Part shown: positions 25,691 to 38,033 of the stretch, in pieces
Position numbering within the stretch: the first letter of the stretch is position 1
Layout: every line of letters starts with the position of its first letter
IMG/VR virus record: IMGVR_UViG_3300013426_000016
Location: 128,001 to 192,000 of that record
Direction: 5' to 3' (one strand)
Length of the DNA: 64,000 nucleotides
Source: a virus
Lineage: Duplodnaviria > Caudoviricetes
Program-made: the position numbers and the translations under genes
The notes under the pieces: model-generated
The model's database searches: none
What the model was told of the DNA's origin: nothing
Seen by the model: the letters and a program-made list of their open reading frames with translations, nothing else

Positions 25691-25930
25691 CTATATTTTA
25701 ATTAAATCCTTTGTAGAAAAAACAGCTTCTTGTAGTTCTGATTTAGTATTAAACCATATGCACTTAATGCCTACAAGAGTGTTGTTAATATTTCCATCTT
25801 TATCTTTTATAGATCTTTCTACTTTTTCTTTTACTAGCATCATCTTAGGAGTATTATCCAAAGGATGCTTTAGTGTAACATGATCCCCTGGGATAAAATA
25901 CACCTTTTCTTCCATTTTTACTTCGTACAT
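25691..25930 (-). CDS. Small SH3-like hypothetical protein
   Basis: 79 aa; F.PGD.V.LK ... IKCIWF ... EAVFSTKDL pattern. Confidence 0.6.
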   Translation of the reverse strand: MYEVKMEEKVYFIPGDHVTLKHPLDNTPKMMLVKEKVERSIKDKDGNINNTLVGIKCIWFNTKSELQEAVFSTKDLIKI

Positions 25931-25935
25931 ATAAA

Positions 25936-26331
25936 TTACATATTTTCATCCTTTATAATACAAATGATGTTTTGTTCAGTAACAGCTCTATATCCCTTAT
26001 TCCTATAAGGAAGAGGAGTGGCTATATGTTTTACAGCAAATACATCATCTCCAACTGAAACATTCTTACAAGCAGGACCTACAGCAATTACTTTCGCACA
26101 AGCGATATATTCTTCAGCATCCTCCATTTCTCCAGTTTCATTAGATTTATATTTCTTTTCTCCATTAATTCCTAAAATCAAACCAGCAGAGGTTTTCTCT
26201 ATATAATTATATGGATTATCTTCGTAAAACTTTACAATTACATTTGTGTTACAAGGTACAATAACAGTGTTATTAGTTTTAATGTTTTTAGTGTTCTTCT
26301 CAAGAACTTTTTCTACTATTTCATTTACCAT
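25936..26331 (-). CDS. GroES-like co-chaperonin
   Basis: KTSAGLIL mobile-loop-like segment and AKVIAVGP..VSVGDDV motif. Confidence 0.75.
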   Translation of the reverse strand: MVNEIVEKVLEKNTKNIKTNNTVIVPCNTNVIVKFYEDNPYNYIEKTSAGLILGINGEKKYKSNETGEMEDAEEYIACAKVIAVGPACKNVSVGDDVFAVKHIATPLPYRNKGYRAVTEQNIICIIKDENM

Positions 26332-26528
26332 TTGTTCAATAAACATTTTTCTTTTTTGGATCTCACTTTAGCATCTATAAAGCAGCCACACATAGTACAA
26401 ACATCCATATTAAAAACTTTTGTTTTATGTAAGCAAGCTTTACATTTAAGCAATCTATCTCTTTCTTCACTTGTTAGTTTACAAAATATCTTTCTAAACC
26501 AACCTTCTAATATATTAAAAATTATCAT
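26325..26528 (-). CDS. Small Cys-rich zinc-binding protein
   Basis: RLLKCKAC..CTMCGC..KVR..CLLNKW*. Confidence 0.65.
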   Translation of the reverse strand: MIIFNILEGWFRKIFCKLTSEERDRLLKCKACLHKTKVFNMDVCTMCGCFIDAKVRSKKEKCLLNKW

Positions 26529-26746
26529 TTTCCGGCGACACAATGCCCTTTAGGATTCTTAGCTTTTAAAGTAACAATACAATTGCAACCCTTTATATAA
26601 CCTTTCTTTGGAAAATAACTCCATTCATCAGTATCTGGGTTTATATATCTTTGAGAGTTGCATCTCTCACCAAGAACATCTTTTTTATATAAAGGGCATT
26701 TATAACAAATATTCAGTCGCTTATTAGCTAAGTCTTCTATAGTCAT
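26522..26746 (-). CDS. Small Cys-rich zinc-binding protein (paralog)
   Basis: RLNICYKC..GCNC..CVAGK[TGA]TAA; ends in KW like its neighbour if TGA=Trp. Confidence 0.65.
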
Positions 26747-28662
26747 TATTTTATATAAGGTATATCCTTGTCTAATTCCATTTTCATCTTTAATTGCTTT
26801 TTATAATGCTTCAACATCTTTTCTACTTCATCCTTAAGATATGGAACATCTAATTCAGTTTCATTTTCATTCCTATCTATATGAATTATCTTCAATCCTT
26901 TAATTTCAAAATTAGGATTTATTTGTTGTAGCATATAAGCATATAAAGACAACTGACAAGCATAATGATTAAAAGTACAGTCTTGCAGATTATTTAATGG
27001 ATATTTCATCATCTGCCTGGATTTAGTAGCTCTATTGTAATAGGACTCTTTTTCTATTTTAGCATTAGTATTATGAGTAGGAATTAAACCTCTTCCAGCT
27101 AAATAAGTGTGTGTAGGACTATCTACTTCTATACAACGAGTAGGAACTGTTTCTACTTCTTTTACAGAAACAACTCTTCTATAATAATGCATATCTCGCT
27201 CCATGTCCGTAAACTTATCAGCTTTATCTTGAAATTTAACCAAGAAAGGATTTATTTCTAAGCTTCTCCATCGAATATAAGTTTTACCTTTTTTGGTAAA
27301 GAGCCCACATTTAACACCAAAGGAGGTGATTAATTCTGACAAATATTTAGTTTCATTAGGGTTTTTAGGCACTATAACATAAGACTTATAAAAAGCTCAC
27401 GATATTCCTCTAGCATCCATAATTCCTCTTAAAAGAGCTAAACGGTCTTCATAAGAAGCCATTAAATATTCTTGTGGTATGTGCTTATTATTTATTAGAT
27501 TTAATTTATTTAGACGTGTTCCTAAACAAACAGAGCTTTTATAAATATGTGTACCTTTAGAAAAAGGAGCTATTTTAAAATTATATCCTTTCTTATCTAA
27601 TTCCTCCATTATTTGCTTATCTCTCGCTGGGATAATACTACAATCCTCGAAACCAATAGCTAACCATACTCCTAGCACATAAGGATCTATGAGTAACTTA
27701 TTTTTAGGAAGATTAAGGGGGGCTGGATTATATATACGTATAGAATAATCAGGTTTTGTCTCTACTCAACTCTTTATTTGCTTTGTAGTCATTACTTTTT
27801 CTGGAAAGCAATCCTCTCTAAACCTATAAGCTACTAACCAACGATGCTCTTCATCTGCAATTAAAGTTTCTCCAGTATCAAAAGTAAGCTCATAACAAGG
27901 ATTATAATGCACTTCAGAAACGTGAGTAATATTTACTGGATTTCCATCTCTATCAAAAACTTGGTCATCTAAAGTAAGAGTACCCATAGTTTTCCATCCA
28001 TTCGTAGTTAAAATAGGAGTGTTTACATCGAGACCTTTTCAGTCTATAATATAAATATCATTCTCATCTTTAATTAAACAATCAATTTGCCCAGAAACTC
28101 TCAATAACCCATCTTTACTTGTAACAGAAACAAGAAATTCTGGGTATACACCTTTAGGAGTATCCAACTTAAAGTAATCTTCTTTACAATCAAACACTCC
28201 TTTTAAATCCTTAAATCCGTATCTTCCGAAATCAAAATCTTTTCGGTCATAAAAAGATAATTCTTTCTTTAAATGCTGTGCTGTACCATGTTCACAAGCT
28301 TCTTCTCTTTTTGCCTTATATGAGTCTAGGATTTCCTGTTTCTTCTTAAAGAATTCTTCTTCATTCATGCCTAATTTAGAAATTATTTTATTATCAAATT
28401 TCTTTTTGGCTAAAAGAACTTTCTTAAGAGTTAACCAAGTGTCCATATCCAATAGAGCTTCGGCAGCCTTATAAGAAGACCAGAAATCTTCATCAAATTC
28501 TTCACAATACTTTCCAATTAACTGTGTAACTGAAATATAAGGTTTCATATCTGCTTTATTATAGTACTTATGTTCAGCATCATTAAAGAAGCACTCATCA
28601 TTTTCCTTATCTACTTTTATTCCATTAATGTATTTATCTTCAATTATTTGTGATTTTGGCAT
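26746..28662 (-). CDS. PD-(D/E)XK (Cas4/RecB-like) exonuclease precursor containing an intein, 638 aa
   Basis: Four ORF pieces in one frame. SVTQLI, HGT, SGQIDCL, IID[W]K|TN and YACQLSLYAYM motifs. Confidence 0.85.
27070..28035 (-). mobile_element. Intein (class 3 signature) with LAGLIDADG-type endonuclease domain, 322 aa
   Basis: Starts GLDVNTPILT; block B ADEEHRW; block F TRCIEVD; ends IPTHN before +1 Thr. PYVLGVWL and LLRGIMDARG motifs. Confidence 0.85.
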
Positions 28663-28674
28663 ATTTCATTAACA

Positions 28675-28911
28675 TTAGTCTATAAAAATAAACTCTAAAT
28701 CTTCAGAGTTTATAAATTCTATTATTTTATTAAAAATCTCAGTTTTAGTTAAATCACTATTATTATATATAGTATCGATAATTTTATCGAAGGATTCCTC
28801 ATAAGCAGGATACTTGTTAAAATACCCTGCTACGGGATCATCGTAATTATAATTAATTTCTTCTGAGATTCTCCAAAAAACTCCTTTATCGGGTATTTTT
28901 ATTAAACTCAT
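28675..28911 (-). CDS. Small hypothetical protein, paralog of 28986-29219 (putative immunity/partner)
   Basis: First 18 aa identical (MSLIKIPDKGVFWRISE); ~60 bp DNA duplication. Confidence 0.65.
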   Translation of the reverse strand: MSLIKIPDKGVFWRISEEINYNYDDPVAGYFNKYPAYEESFDKIIDTIYNNSDLTKTEIFNKIIEFINSEDLEFIFID

Positions 28912-28985
28912 TGTTTAAAATCTTTTAACTTATATGAAAAACAGTTTATTCTTATTCTTCTATTTCTCTGTTTTATAATTAACAT

Positions 28986-29219
28986 TTACATATATATTAT
29001 TTCTAAATCTTTAGAAATAATTAATTCTATAATCTTATTGAAAATATCAGTTTTTGATACGTTACTACTTTTATAAATATCATTTATAAGAGCATCTAAA
29101 GAATTTGCATAAGCAGGGTATCTATAAAAATATTGTTCTACAGGATCTTTTGCATTTAAACGTAATCTTTCTGAGATTCTCCAAAAGACACCTTTATCGG
29201 GTATTTTTATTAAACTCAT
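28986..29219 (-). CDS. Small hypothetical protein coupled to HExxH gene
   Basis: 77 aa; overlaps the 3' end of 29194-29859. Confidence 0.65.
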   Translation of the reverse strand: MSLIKIPDKGVFWRISERLRLNAKDPVEQYFYRYPAYANSLDALINDIYKSSNVSKTDIFNKIIELIISKDLEIIYM

Positions 29220-29859
29220 TGTTTAAAATTGTACTTCCAAGTCCTATAACTGGTATAGAAAAATATTTCCCAGTTATAGCATCTCATAATCTTTTATAAT
29301 CTCTTTTAGTTACGAGTTTAGCTTCCTCTAATATACCAGAAAAAGGAGCTTCTTTATATTTTTCAATGTCCTTTTTAAAAGTTTCATATCCCGGGTATTT
29401 TTGTCCAGGACTTAAACCCAAAATGTGTCCTAGAGTTGCAGAATTTGCAGCTGCTTCTCCAGGAAGATTTAAATATTCACTATCAGGAAACAAAGATTTT
29501 GCTTTTATTTTCTGTAATTTTTGTTGAGCTTCCCCGTATCTTGCATGATGTAGCATCTCATGAAAAATTACAGGTTCCTGAATATTTTCATCTGCAAAAA
29601 CAGATACAGTAATTTTTTGAGGCCACCTGCCTTGATATGCCCCATAAGTAGGAGGAGGTAAAAACTCAGAATCGAATAACACTGGAGTGTTCATTCATGC
29701 CTCATGTATTTCATTTGCAGGAACATCTATGTCGTTAAATAGTTTTTTTGATATTAAATCATTATTAATTGCAGTAGTTCTTACCGCATCAGACCGCAAA
29801 TATTTAAAAGCTGCATTTATAGCCTTAGAGGTTGTGTTTTGGGGTACCAAAAAATTCAT
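29194..29859 (-). CDS. Zincin-like HExxH protein, 221 aa (2 TGA=Trp)
   Basis: FHEMLHH..GEAAAN..KYPG..RL[W]DAITGKY; paralog of 37209-38033. Confidence 0.7.
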
Positions 29860-29860
29860 A

Positions 29861-30277
29861 TTATTCTTCTATTTCTCCTGTTTTATAATTAATCTTCTTA
29901 AAGCCGAAAGGAGGTATTCTTGAAGCACAAGATAAAGTATCACATCTAAGCATTTGTGCCTGCGTAACATTTGCAGAAAGCTGTAATGCTTGTAGATTTA
30001 AATCAGCTATTTCTTTTCTTAATTGGGTTATTACAGCATCACGATCTTGTACTACAGAACGATAATACTCTATATCATGCTCGTGTTGGGCACTTAAACG
30101 CTCCCAATCATCTACAGTTCCCTGCGCCCGTTTTTCTATTTCTTGTTGCTTTGCTTTATTTTCAAGATCCTTAGATGCTTTAAAACTCTTTCTTGTATAT
30201 AACCATTTAATAAGTTCCAGAAAACCACCTCCGAGCAAAACTCCTCCAACGACTTCTATAATGGATATTAATTCCAT
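29861..30277 (-). CDS. Holin-like membrane protein with coiled coil
   Basis: N-terminal TM (VVGGVLLGGGFLELIKW) followed by a coiled coil. Confidence 0.5.
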   Translation of the reverse strand: MELISIIEVVGGVLLGGGFLELIKWLYTRKSFKASKDLENKAKQQEIEKRAQGTVDDWERLSAQHEHDIEYYRSVVQDRDAVITQLRKEIADLNLQALQLSANVTQAQMLRCDTLSCASRIPPFGFKKINYKTGEIEE

Positions 30278-30424
30278 AATTATTAGTTATTAAGTTCATA
30301 TTATATACTTATTTGTTCGGTATTTTTGTTTTCCTACAAAAATACTGTTTTATTTCCAAATAAACAAATAAAAACTTGATTTAGAATTTAAAATTAATTA
30401 ATTTTGTAGAAATTACACATTAAT

Positions 30425-32467
30425 ATGCCAGATAAATATAAAGTAAAATTAAACGAGTTACCTAATAAAAATATTTTAGGTACTCCGTGAACTACTGATG
30501 ATAATGGGTATAATTGGTATGAAGCATCTAGAGAAAATGTTCCCACACAAAACGGGGAGCATGCTTCATCACGAAATCCATATACAGGTAGAATTTTAAA
30601 ATCTGTTCAGCATCCAACCTTTAATAAAACAGTAATAGGAGAAAAGATAGCTGGATATGATTTTTATACAGATAGAGACAATAATCTATACTCCTTTAAT
30701 GAAAATCCGGGAGAAGATTATACTCCTATAAATATAGATATAGATGAAAACGAGATTAAAAATAGGCAAGCTTTTATGGAAAGTCGATTAAATCCTAATG
30801 CAGAATCTTACAGAGGAGCGAGAGGTTTATTTCAAATAATACCAAGAACACAAAAAGCTTACGAGAAAGAAAATAAAGTAACAGTAAATCCATTTAATCC
30901 AGAACACAGTACACAAATGCGAGACTGGTTATGGAAGAAGTTGGATACTACTAAAACTACTCAAGGTAATAAAGACTTTGTTGTATTAGCTAAGAAATTA
31001 GCAGCATATAATTATGGGCAAGGTAATCTTGGTAAAGCTTTAGAAAAAGCTAAAACGGAAGGCATAGATATTTATAATACAATAGATTTTCTTCCTTACT
31101 TGCCTAAAGAAACACAAAACTATGTAAAATTTATTCTTATGAATGAAGATGCTGGTAAAACATATAATAAAGATTATGACAAGGCCATAGGAAAATACCA
31201 ATCTCCTTCTGGCCCCCTACCTTTTAAATGGAAAAATATAACTATTCCAGAAACTCCTTCTGTAAATTTTACTCCTACAGATCCTTATACAATAGCAGAC
31301 GAATCTTTACCTGCTTATAGAGAACTGCAAACACTTAATGAAAGAATGAAGAAAGGAGAAATAACTCCAAGTGTATATGATTATAAATATAATAATTTAA
31401 TTAAGCAAATACATACTTTAGGAGATGAAAATCCTTCTCTTTATAAAACCTATTTTCAGCATCAATCAAATCAAGCTTTAAATCAAATAAGTGAAACAGT
31501 AAGTCCTTATAAAAAGGCTGTAGCAGCTAAATCCATGCCTGAAATAGGACCGTTAACAGAAGATCAGAGAGAATATCAAGCAGAACAAGAAAGGCTTTTA
31601 AATGCCCGTAAAAATGGTGTTGCTGATATATATAATAATCAATATAACTCAAACTTAAGTTATGAAGACTGGGAAAAGGTTATAAATTTCTATAATTCTC
31701 CTTACAAGCATGTAAACATAGGAGCACCTATGATGGGAGCAAATACTGTTCTTTTTGCAAATACACAAAAAACTGTAGACAGGCACTCTGATCAAAGATA
31801 TGCAGAATTAAATGAGAAATATCCAGAAGTAATTTCTAATATAGAAAATGAAATTACAGAAAATGATAGTAAACAATCTCTTGTTTATGATGGTATACCT
31901 GCATTACTCGGTACTTTAGCTGCTGGAGCACCATTACTCTCTTCTGCTTTAAATATTGCTGGAATGAAAATAGCTACTGCAATACCAAATACTTTTGGTA
32001 GAGTTCTTGGAACTGCTGTTGCTAATCCGATAAATACTTCTTTTATAGGCTTAAATACATATAGTGCGGGAAAGAACTTTTCTCAAGGTAATATAGGTAA
32101 TGGATTAATAGATACTGCTTTTGCAGCCATGGGCCCTATAAGTAGAGCGGGACAGATATTAAAAACTCCTTCAGTAGCACTTAAAGCAAGACCTTTATCA
32201 AATGCACTTAAAGGAACTTCTCCGGTAGGTAAAGTATATAATACGCCTCTTGGTAAATTAGGAGTATCTCCTTATGTAAATGCTTGGCAACCCAATGCCT
32301 TAGGAAAAGTAACTGGATACGCTATGCAACATCCTATGCAAGCTTATGGGCTTGGTATGATAGGAAAGGGTTTAACAGATCAAAATCAAACTCCTGTAGA
32401 AAAATGAACTAATATAGGTTTAGGAACTGCTTTTTCTGCTGGATTACTTAAAAACTTAAAACGTTAA
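30425..32467 (+). CDS. Putative virion cargo protein with lytic transglycosylase (SLT) domain, 680 aa
   Basis: MES..NPNA.S..GARGLFQI, LAAYNYG and ETQNYV motifs; 2 TGA read-throughs; TAA overlaps the next ATG. Confidence 0.75.
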
Positions 32468-33618
32468 TGCCGATTTCAAAATATATACAAACAGCTGGAG
32501 CTAAAGTACTTACACAAGTACCAAAGAAAGTTAGTCCTACTGGAGCTTATGTGTTGTTTCAAAGGCCATCTTTACTAACAGAGGCAGAACGCTTGGGAAT
32601 TCCTAAAGGAGAGAGAAGTTTTACTAAAAAGCCTTTTACTTATGGAGAAGATTTTACAAGAAGGATGTTGAGTGAATGAAACGAAACTCCTCGTTTAGAA
32701 CAGCCGTCATTAAAAGAAGTCTTAGCAGAATCTAACTCTACTGTCAGAGATAGAATGCTTGCCGCAAGAGAAATTTGGCAGCATGACCAAACTGCTCCTA
32801 TGAAAAACCAAGTAGGCCGACTTAAAAGAAGGGCTGATATAGAAACTTTTAATACTAATTTAAAAGAATTTGCAGAATCATTATCTTCAAGTAATCCGAA
32901 ATTTCAAACTATAAATATTGATGAAAATACTATACAAAGGAATCCTTACATAAAATATTATAGACAATATTTATTAAATACAGGATATGATGCTGCTGAT
33001 GTTTCTGATGAACAGTTAGCAAAAGTATTAACTTATATGGACCAACATCAACGTGCAGGAATGACGGGCGCTTTAAAAGAAACACCTCCTTTATGGCATG
33101 GAAGTCGTACAATGTTTGACGAATTTGATTATTCAAAAATAGGAAGCAACACTGGAAACACAGGTACTGTTGGACCAGGAAATTATTTTTCTACTTATGG
33201 TGCTTTATATGGATTTGATAAAAGCTTGGGACGAGCTGTTAATTTACAGCCTTATTATATAACAGACATAGATAGTATGCCAAACGGTCTTATGATGCAA
33301 GCTAAAGGTATTTTACCAAGTGTTCTTTCAGAAAAACAAATAGAAATATATCCAGAAGTATACCAAAAAATAATAAACACAAATATTCCTGGACAAAATA
33401 CAACTTTATTTTTAGATCCCTCTGAAAGAGTGCCTGGTATTTTTAATACAGTTAAAGCTGGGGCAATGTTAAGAAGAAACACAGGAATAAAATCTTTATT
33501 TCCCGACCCAAGTCGTTTTATTAGAGGTGCTTCTGGAAAAGTAGAATTACTTCCTACTGATTGAAAGGATGGTAGAATTAATTTTAAACAAGGTGGTAAA
33601 TTAAAATATATTAAATAA
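32467..33618 (+). CDS. Putative ADP-ribosyltransferase-like (polyvalent-protein ART type) cargo protein, 383 aa
   Basis: WHGS..FDEFD..GSNTG..GPGNYFS motif; 2 TGA; ends FKQGGKLKYIK. Confidence 0.6.
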
Positions 33619-33622
33619 CAAT

Positions 33623-35551
33623 ATGCCGATACAATTAAAAACAATAAAACTTACTCCTCAAAGTATAGAAAATTATACTAAAAATATGATGAGGAGCCAT
33701 CCGGAACTTTCAAGTTTTATATCCGGAAAAGCAGAAGATTTTGCAAACCAATATGTTTTTGGGGCTGGAGATGAAAATTTAGGCTATCTTATAGGCGCTC
33801 CTATAGCACAAGGTAGAGGAATAATGCCTACTCATAATTTAACAAATGGTCTTAGAAGTACGCTAAGCCTAGTTAATGAATTAGGAGAATCAACAAACCC
33901 TACTGTTTTTGCAGTTACTCCAAATATTGGAGATATGCTTGGAAGATCCAATTTTATAAAAGCGGGTACTGTCATGCAACCCTTTATGGGGCAGAATGTT
34001 ACTAAGGATGTTATGATAAGTCCTAATACTGCTTTAGAAGATATTCCTTATTCTCTTAGATTATCTGGCTCTTTTAACGGAGTTAAACCAACTATAAAAA
34101 TAGGAACCAAACATTATTTTCAACAGCCACAGTCTGTGTATATAGGACAAGGAGAATACGTTTCTCCAGAAGAGATTATGAGAGACACCTCTTTAGAAAA
34201 TATAACACGTAACAGAGAATATTTAAAAAATGTTAATGCTTATTTTAAAAGATATGGGTATGTACCACTTAATTTAGACTTAGCAAATTATGGAGATAGA
34301 ATTGTAGAAAATGCTGTAAAAGACAGAATTACACAGCATAATTCTTTTCTTAGAGGGGTGAATGATCCTAATCCAACAGTGGGGGATGGCGCAGTGGCTA
34401 AGGCAATTAATGCATTTCGTATTAGCCGAGGATTACCCGCACGTGAAGGTCCGACTTCTCCTCATATCGATTATAATCCGGAAGAATTAGTTACTAAATA
34501 TTTAGATTTTAATACTACTAAAGGTGGAAGAGCAGATATTGATGTAAAAGATGACCAAGGGACTTATTATGTATCCACTAAACCTTCTTGAAATTTGGGA
34601 GAAACATTTGTCGTAAGAAGACCTGTTACTTTTTCTGAAAATAGAGATAATTGGATTAAGGAAAATGATGAGCCTTTAAATCCTACTACTAAAATTCATA
34701 CTGCTTTAGAATATAAAAACTTAACTGGAGAAGAGGCACCTGTTATTAAATCCGAAGGAAAAGGTTCTTTTGCACATTTTTCTGAGAGAAATGACACCCT
34801 TGCTAAAATGGGTCCTATATTACAAAAAGCAATAGCAGATGCTCATCCTTTTACTGGAGAAGGCCCTAATCCATGAATGTTGCCTGGAGACTATAGTAAA
34901 CCTACTTATGCCTTACGATTATGGAATTTTATGAACGATAATATAATGAGTTTACCTTCTCCAAAGTTCATAGTGGACCCTAACACCCCTTTTAATCTAT
35001 CCTCTGGACCTCTAGGAGGAAAATTCGCAGCAGCATGACAAAATCCAAAGTTTTTTACTAAACTATTATTTCAATCTAAGCTTCCAGATTTATCTTATGC
35101 TGCATATAAAGTACAATATCCTAAGACCCTCTTCCATATAGATAAAGATGCTGTATCTACTGCATTTAAAAATGCTGGAGTTATAAATGTTAGAGGAACC
35201 TACGGACCTATATTTGTAGGAGAATCGGGAACTCCTGCTGCTGAAGTGCAATATTTATGGCCTACTCAGGCTGCTACGAGAGTAATCGATAATAAATTTG
35301 GTTCCGAAGATGTAGGTATTTCTAGAAAAAAGGAAGGAGGAATTTTAAAACGAGTGGAAGTAGGTAAATCCGGAATACATATAAAGAAGAAGAACGAAGG
35401 AAAATTTACAGATAGTGCAAAGAAAGCCGGAATGGGAGTACAAGAATATGCACATAAAGTAATGAATGACCCAGATGCCTCTCCTCTACAAAAGAAGAGA
35501 GCTAATTTTGCAATACAAGCTAAAAAATGAAAAAATAATAGATGTAACTAA
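33623..35551 (+). CDS. Large hypothetical (putative cargo) protein, 642 aa (4 TGA)
   Basis: Three ORF pieces in one frame; C-terminal KSGIHIKKKNEGKFT...KKRANFAIQAKK[W]K module. Confidence 0.7.
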
Positions 35552-36377
35552 ATTATCTTACTGGCCTAGAATGCAACAGTTCTTCGCTCAAGATGCATTA
35601 AAAAGAACTCAACAAAGTTTAACAAGATTAAATCTTCCAGAAAATATAGCATCTAAAGTAGAAAATGATTATAAAACTCCTTTAGTAGGATTAACTGTAT
35701 ATGAAGTAGATAACCCCAATTTTAGAGGATATGCTCAACCAGCTCCTGTAGATTTATATCCAGGATTAAACTTAGTAATTCCTACAGACTTACCTTATAT
35801 AGAATTAAGTAATGGTTGGAATGATACTACTTTAGCCCACGAACTTCATCATATAACAAGATATGATTTAGCGAACAACTTATATGGCTATAACAATTCG
35901 GTTCCTGCAAATAGAGGTTTAACTCCTAAAAGAGAATATGTAAGTGTGGTAGAAAAGCCTATGTATACTCAAGAAGAAAGAAATACTATGGCTCCTTTAG
36001 AATGGGATACAAAGCAAATAAAAGGAAGTCTTGATCCAGAAGCTGAAATTGCAGCTACCGCAACTGCTTGAAGATGAGATTTATATAATAAGTTCTGGGA
36101 AGATAATGGGAGGGCTCCTACAATAGAAGAGTTAAATACTTTAATAGATGAATCTCCTATAGACTGGAAATCTCTATCCTATTCTAAACAAATCGGATCT
36201 AGAATACAAAAAAGAACAAATAGAGACTTTTTAGCTTCTTCTGGAATACCAAGTGCAACTTTTAGAGAAAAAGGATTAAAGAAACTTATTCCAGCATTTA
36301 AAGAAGTTGCTAAAGTAGTTGGTGCTATGGGAGCCGTAGGATTAATACCAAAGAAAAATGATAATACTACTAGATAA
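35527..36377 (+). CDS. HExxH protein (start uncertain; ATG 35527 needs one extra A, otherwise ATG 35571)
   Basis: LAHELHH motif; the frame continues through 2 TGA to TAA 36375-36377. Confidence 0.6.
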
Positions 36378-36960
36378 TGGTCATGCAAAGAGTACTAAAG
36401 GAAAAAGAAGTCCAGATAGCTCTTTCTTTGAATACGAATTTAATAGAGATATAGTTAAACGTATTTCAGAAGGTTTGACAAAGAATAAAATAGATTTTCA
36501 TATAATAACTCCAGAACTAGAACTTGATGTACCATTAAGTGAAAGAGCAAAGAGAGTTAATAATTACTGTAGCATATATGGTGCTGGAAATTGTTTACTT
36601 ATTTCAGTACATGCAAATGCAGCGGGTAATGGTAGTCAGTGGATGACAGGTAAAGGATGAAGCGTATATACAACTAAAGGACAAACAAATAGTGATAAAT
36701 ACGCTACTCTCATATATAAAGAGGCTGAGAAAATAATACCTAAGTTAGGAAGTAAAATGCGAGCTGATTATAGTGATGGAGATCCAGATTGGGAAGAAAA
36801 CTTTACACTGCTTTATAAGGCTAAATGCCCCGCTATACTTACAGAAAATTTATTTTATGATAATAGATCAGATTTAAAAATACTACAAAGCGAAGCTGGT
36901 AGACAAGCTATAGCTGATATACATATTAATTTTATTAAACAAATAAACCCAGACCAATAG
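36358..36960 (+). CDS. N-acetylmuramoyl-L-alanine amidase (Amidase_3) endolysin, 200 aa
   Basis: LDNGH, E, SVHANA, G[W]SVYT (TGA) and PAILTENLF motifs. Confidence 0.9.
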
Positions 36961-36978
36961 GCCTGGGTTTTCTTTTTT
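36945..36978. terminator. Intrinsic terminator between convergent genes
   Basis: AAACCCAG-loop-CTGGGTTT followed by a T run. Confidence 0.6.
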
Positions 36979-37216
36979 AAATATTTGTTATTTCTTTTAA
37001 TGAAATTTTATCCTTATTTTTAAAAAAGGTTACAAGTCCTCGTTCTTCTAAAGAAGCGAGAAATTCTAAATCTTTTTTATCTTTTATTATTTGTAATGGA
37101 TCTGAAAAAGAATGAGGATAAATACCACTCATAAAAGTAAGAAGGGGGTCATTAAAAATAAGCAAATAATCTTCTGCTGTTTTAGGTGTAAATTTATAAA
37201 AAATAGAATTATTCAT
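36977..37216 (-). CDS. Small hypothetical protein coupled to HExxH gene
   Basis: 79 aa; ATG overlaps the end of 37209-38033. Confidence 0.6.
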   Translation of the reverse strand: MNNSIFYKFTPKTAEDYLLIFNDPLLTFMSGIYPHSFSDPLQIIKDKKDLEFLASLEERGLVTFFKNKDKISLKEITNI

Positions 37217-38033
37217 TCTTACTAACAGCTCCTCCGATAGCTAAAGGGATCAAATAATATCTCCCAGTAATAGCATCTCAAACTCGTTTTGGTTTCTTTT
37301 TCCAATTATAGCTATTTAAGAAAGGAGTCGCAAGCCCGTCCTTATTAGAAGTATCCTCAAAAAACCTTAAAGCAGCCTGCTTTCCAGGATACTTAGTTCC
37401 TATCGGAAGATTAAGTTCTCTTCCTATATGCAAGGCGTTAACAGCAGCTTCAGCTGGATCTGAGAGATAAGGATCTAATAAACCTTCGTCTGTTAAAAGT
37501 TTATCTGTCTTTCATAGATAAAACGCTTTAGTATCTGCATAGGAATCTAGAGTCTCTGGAGTTTGTAGTTCAGAAGGCACATCTCCATACCCTCCTCTAT
37601 GTAAAGTTTCATGAAAAGCTGTATGGCTAGGTTCTCCCAAAGTGGAAATATACATTTGATCTAGGTAAGGAAATTTTCTCGAAGTATATGTTCTACCGAG
37701 AGCACTATCCTCTATAAGTCCAGGGTATAAAAAATACCCATCCTGTTTTCCTCCTACTCAAACAGAGTTTTTAACAAAAGGCTCTTCTGGTTTTTCCATA
37801 GGAATTCGGGCACGAACACCACCCATATAAAAAGGTTTAAAATTAGGAAACCTTGTTCTTTTCGCTATCCTACTGTTATTTTTATCTGAATTTCATTTAA
37901 CTTCAGAGTTTAAAAAATTAATAGCAGCGGATCTTCCATTATTAATGTCTTCTAAAAGATTTTCCACATTTATTTTCCCAGAAGGTTTTAAATACTTTTG
38001 GGCTATAAATTTTGCATTATTTATTATTGGCAT
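37209..38033 (-). CDS. Zincin-like HExxH protein, 274 aa (4 TGA; absent from ORF track)
   Basis: MPIINNAK...FHETLHR...AEAAVN...KYPG...RV[W]DAITGRY; the only internal stops are TGA. Confidence 0.75.
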
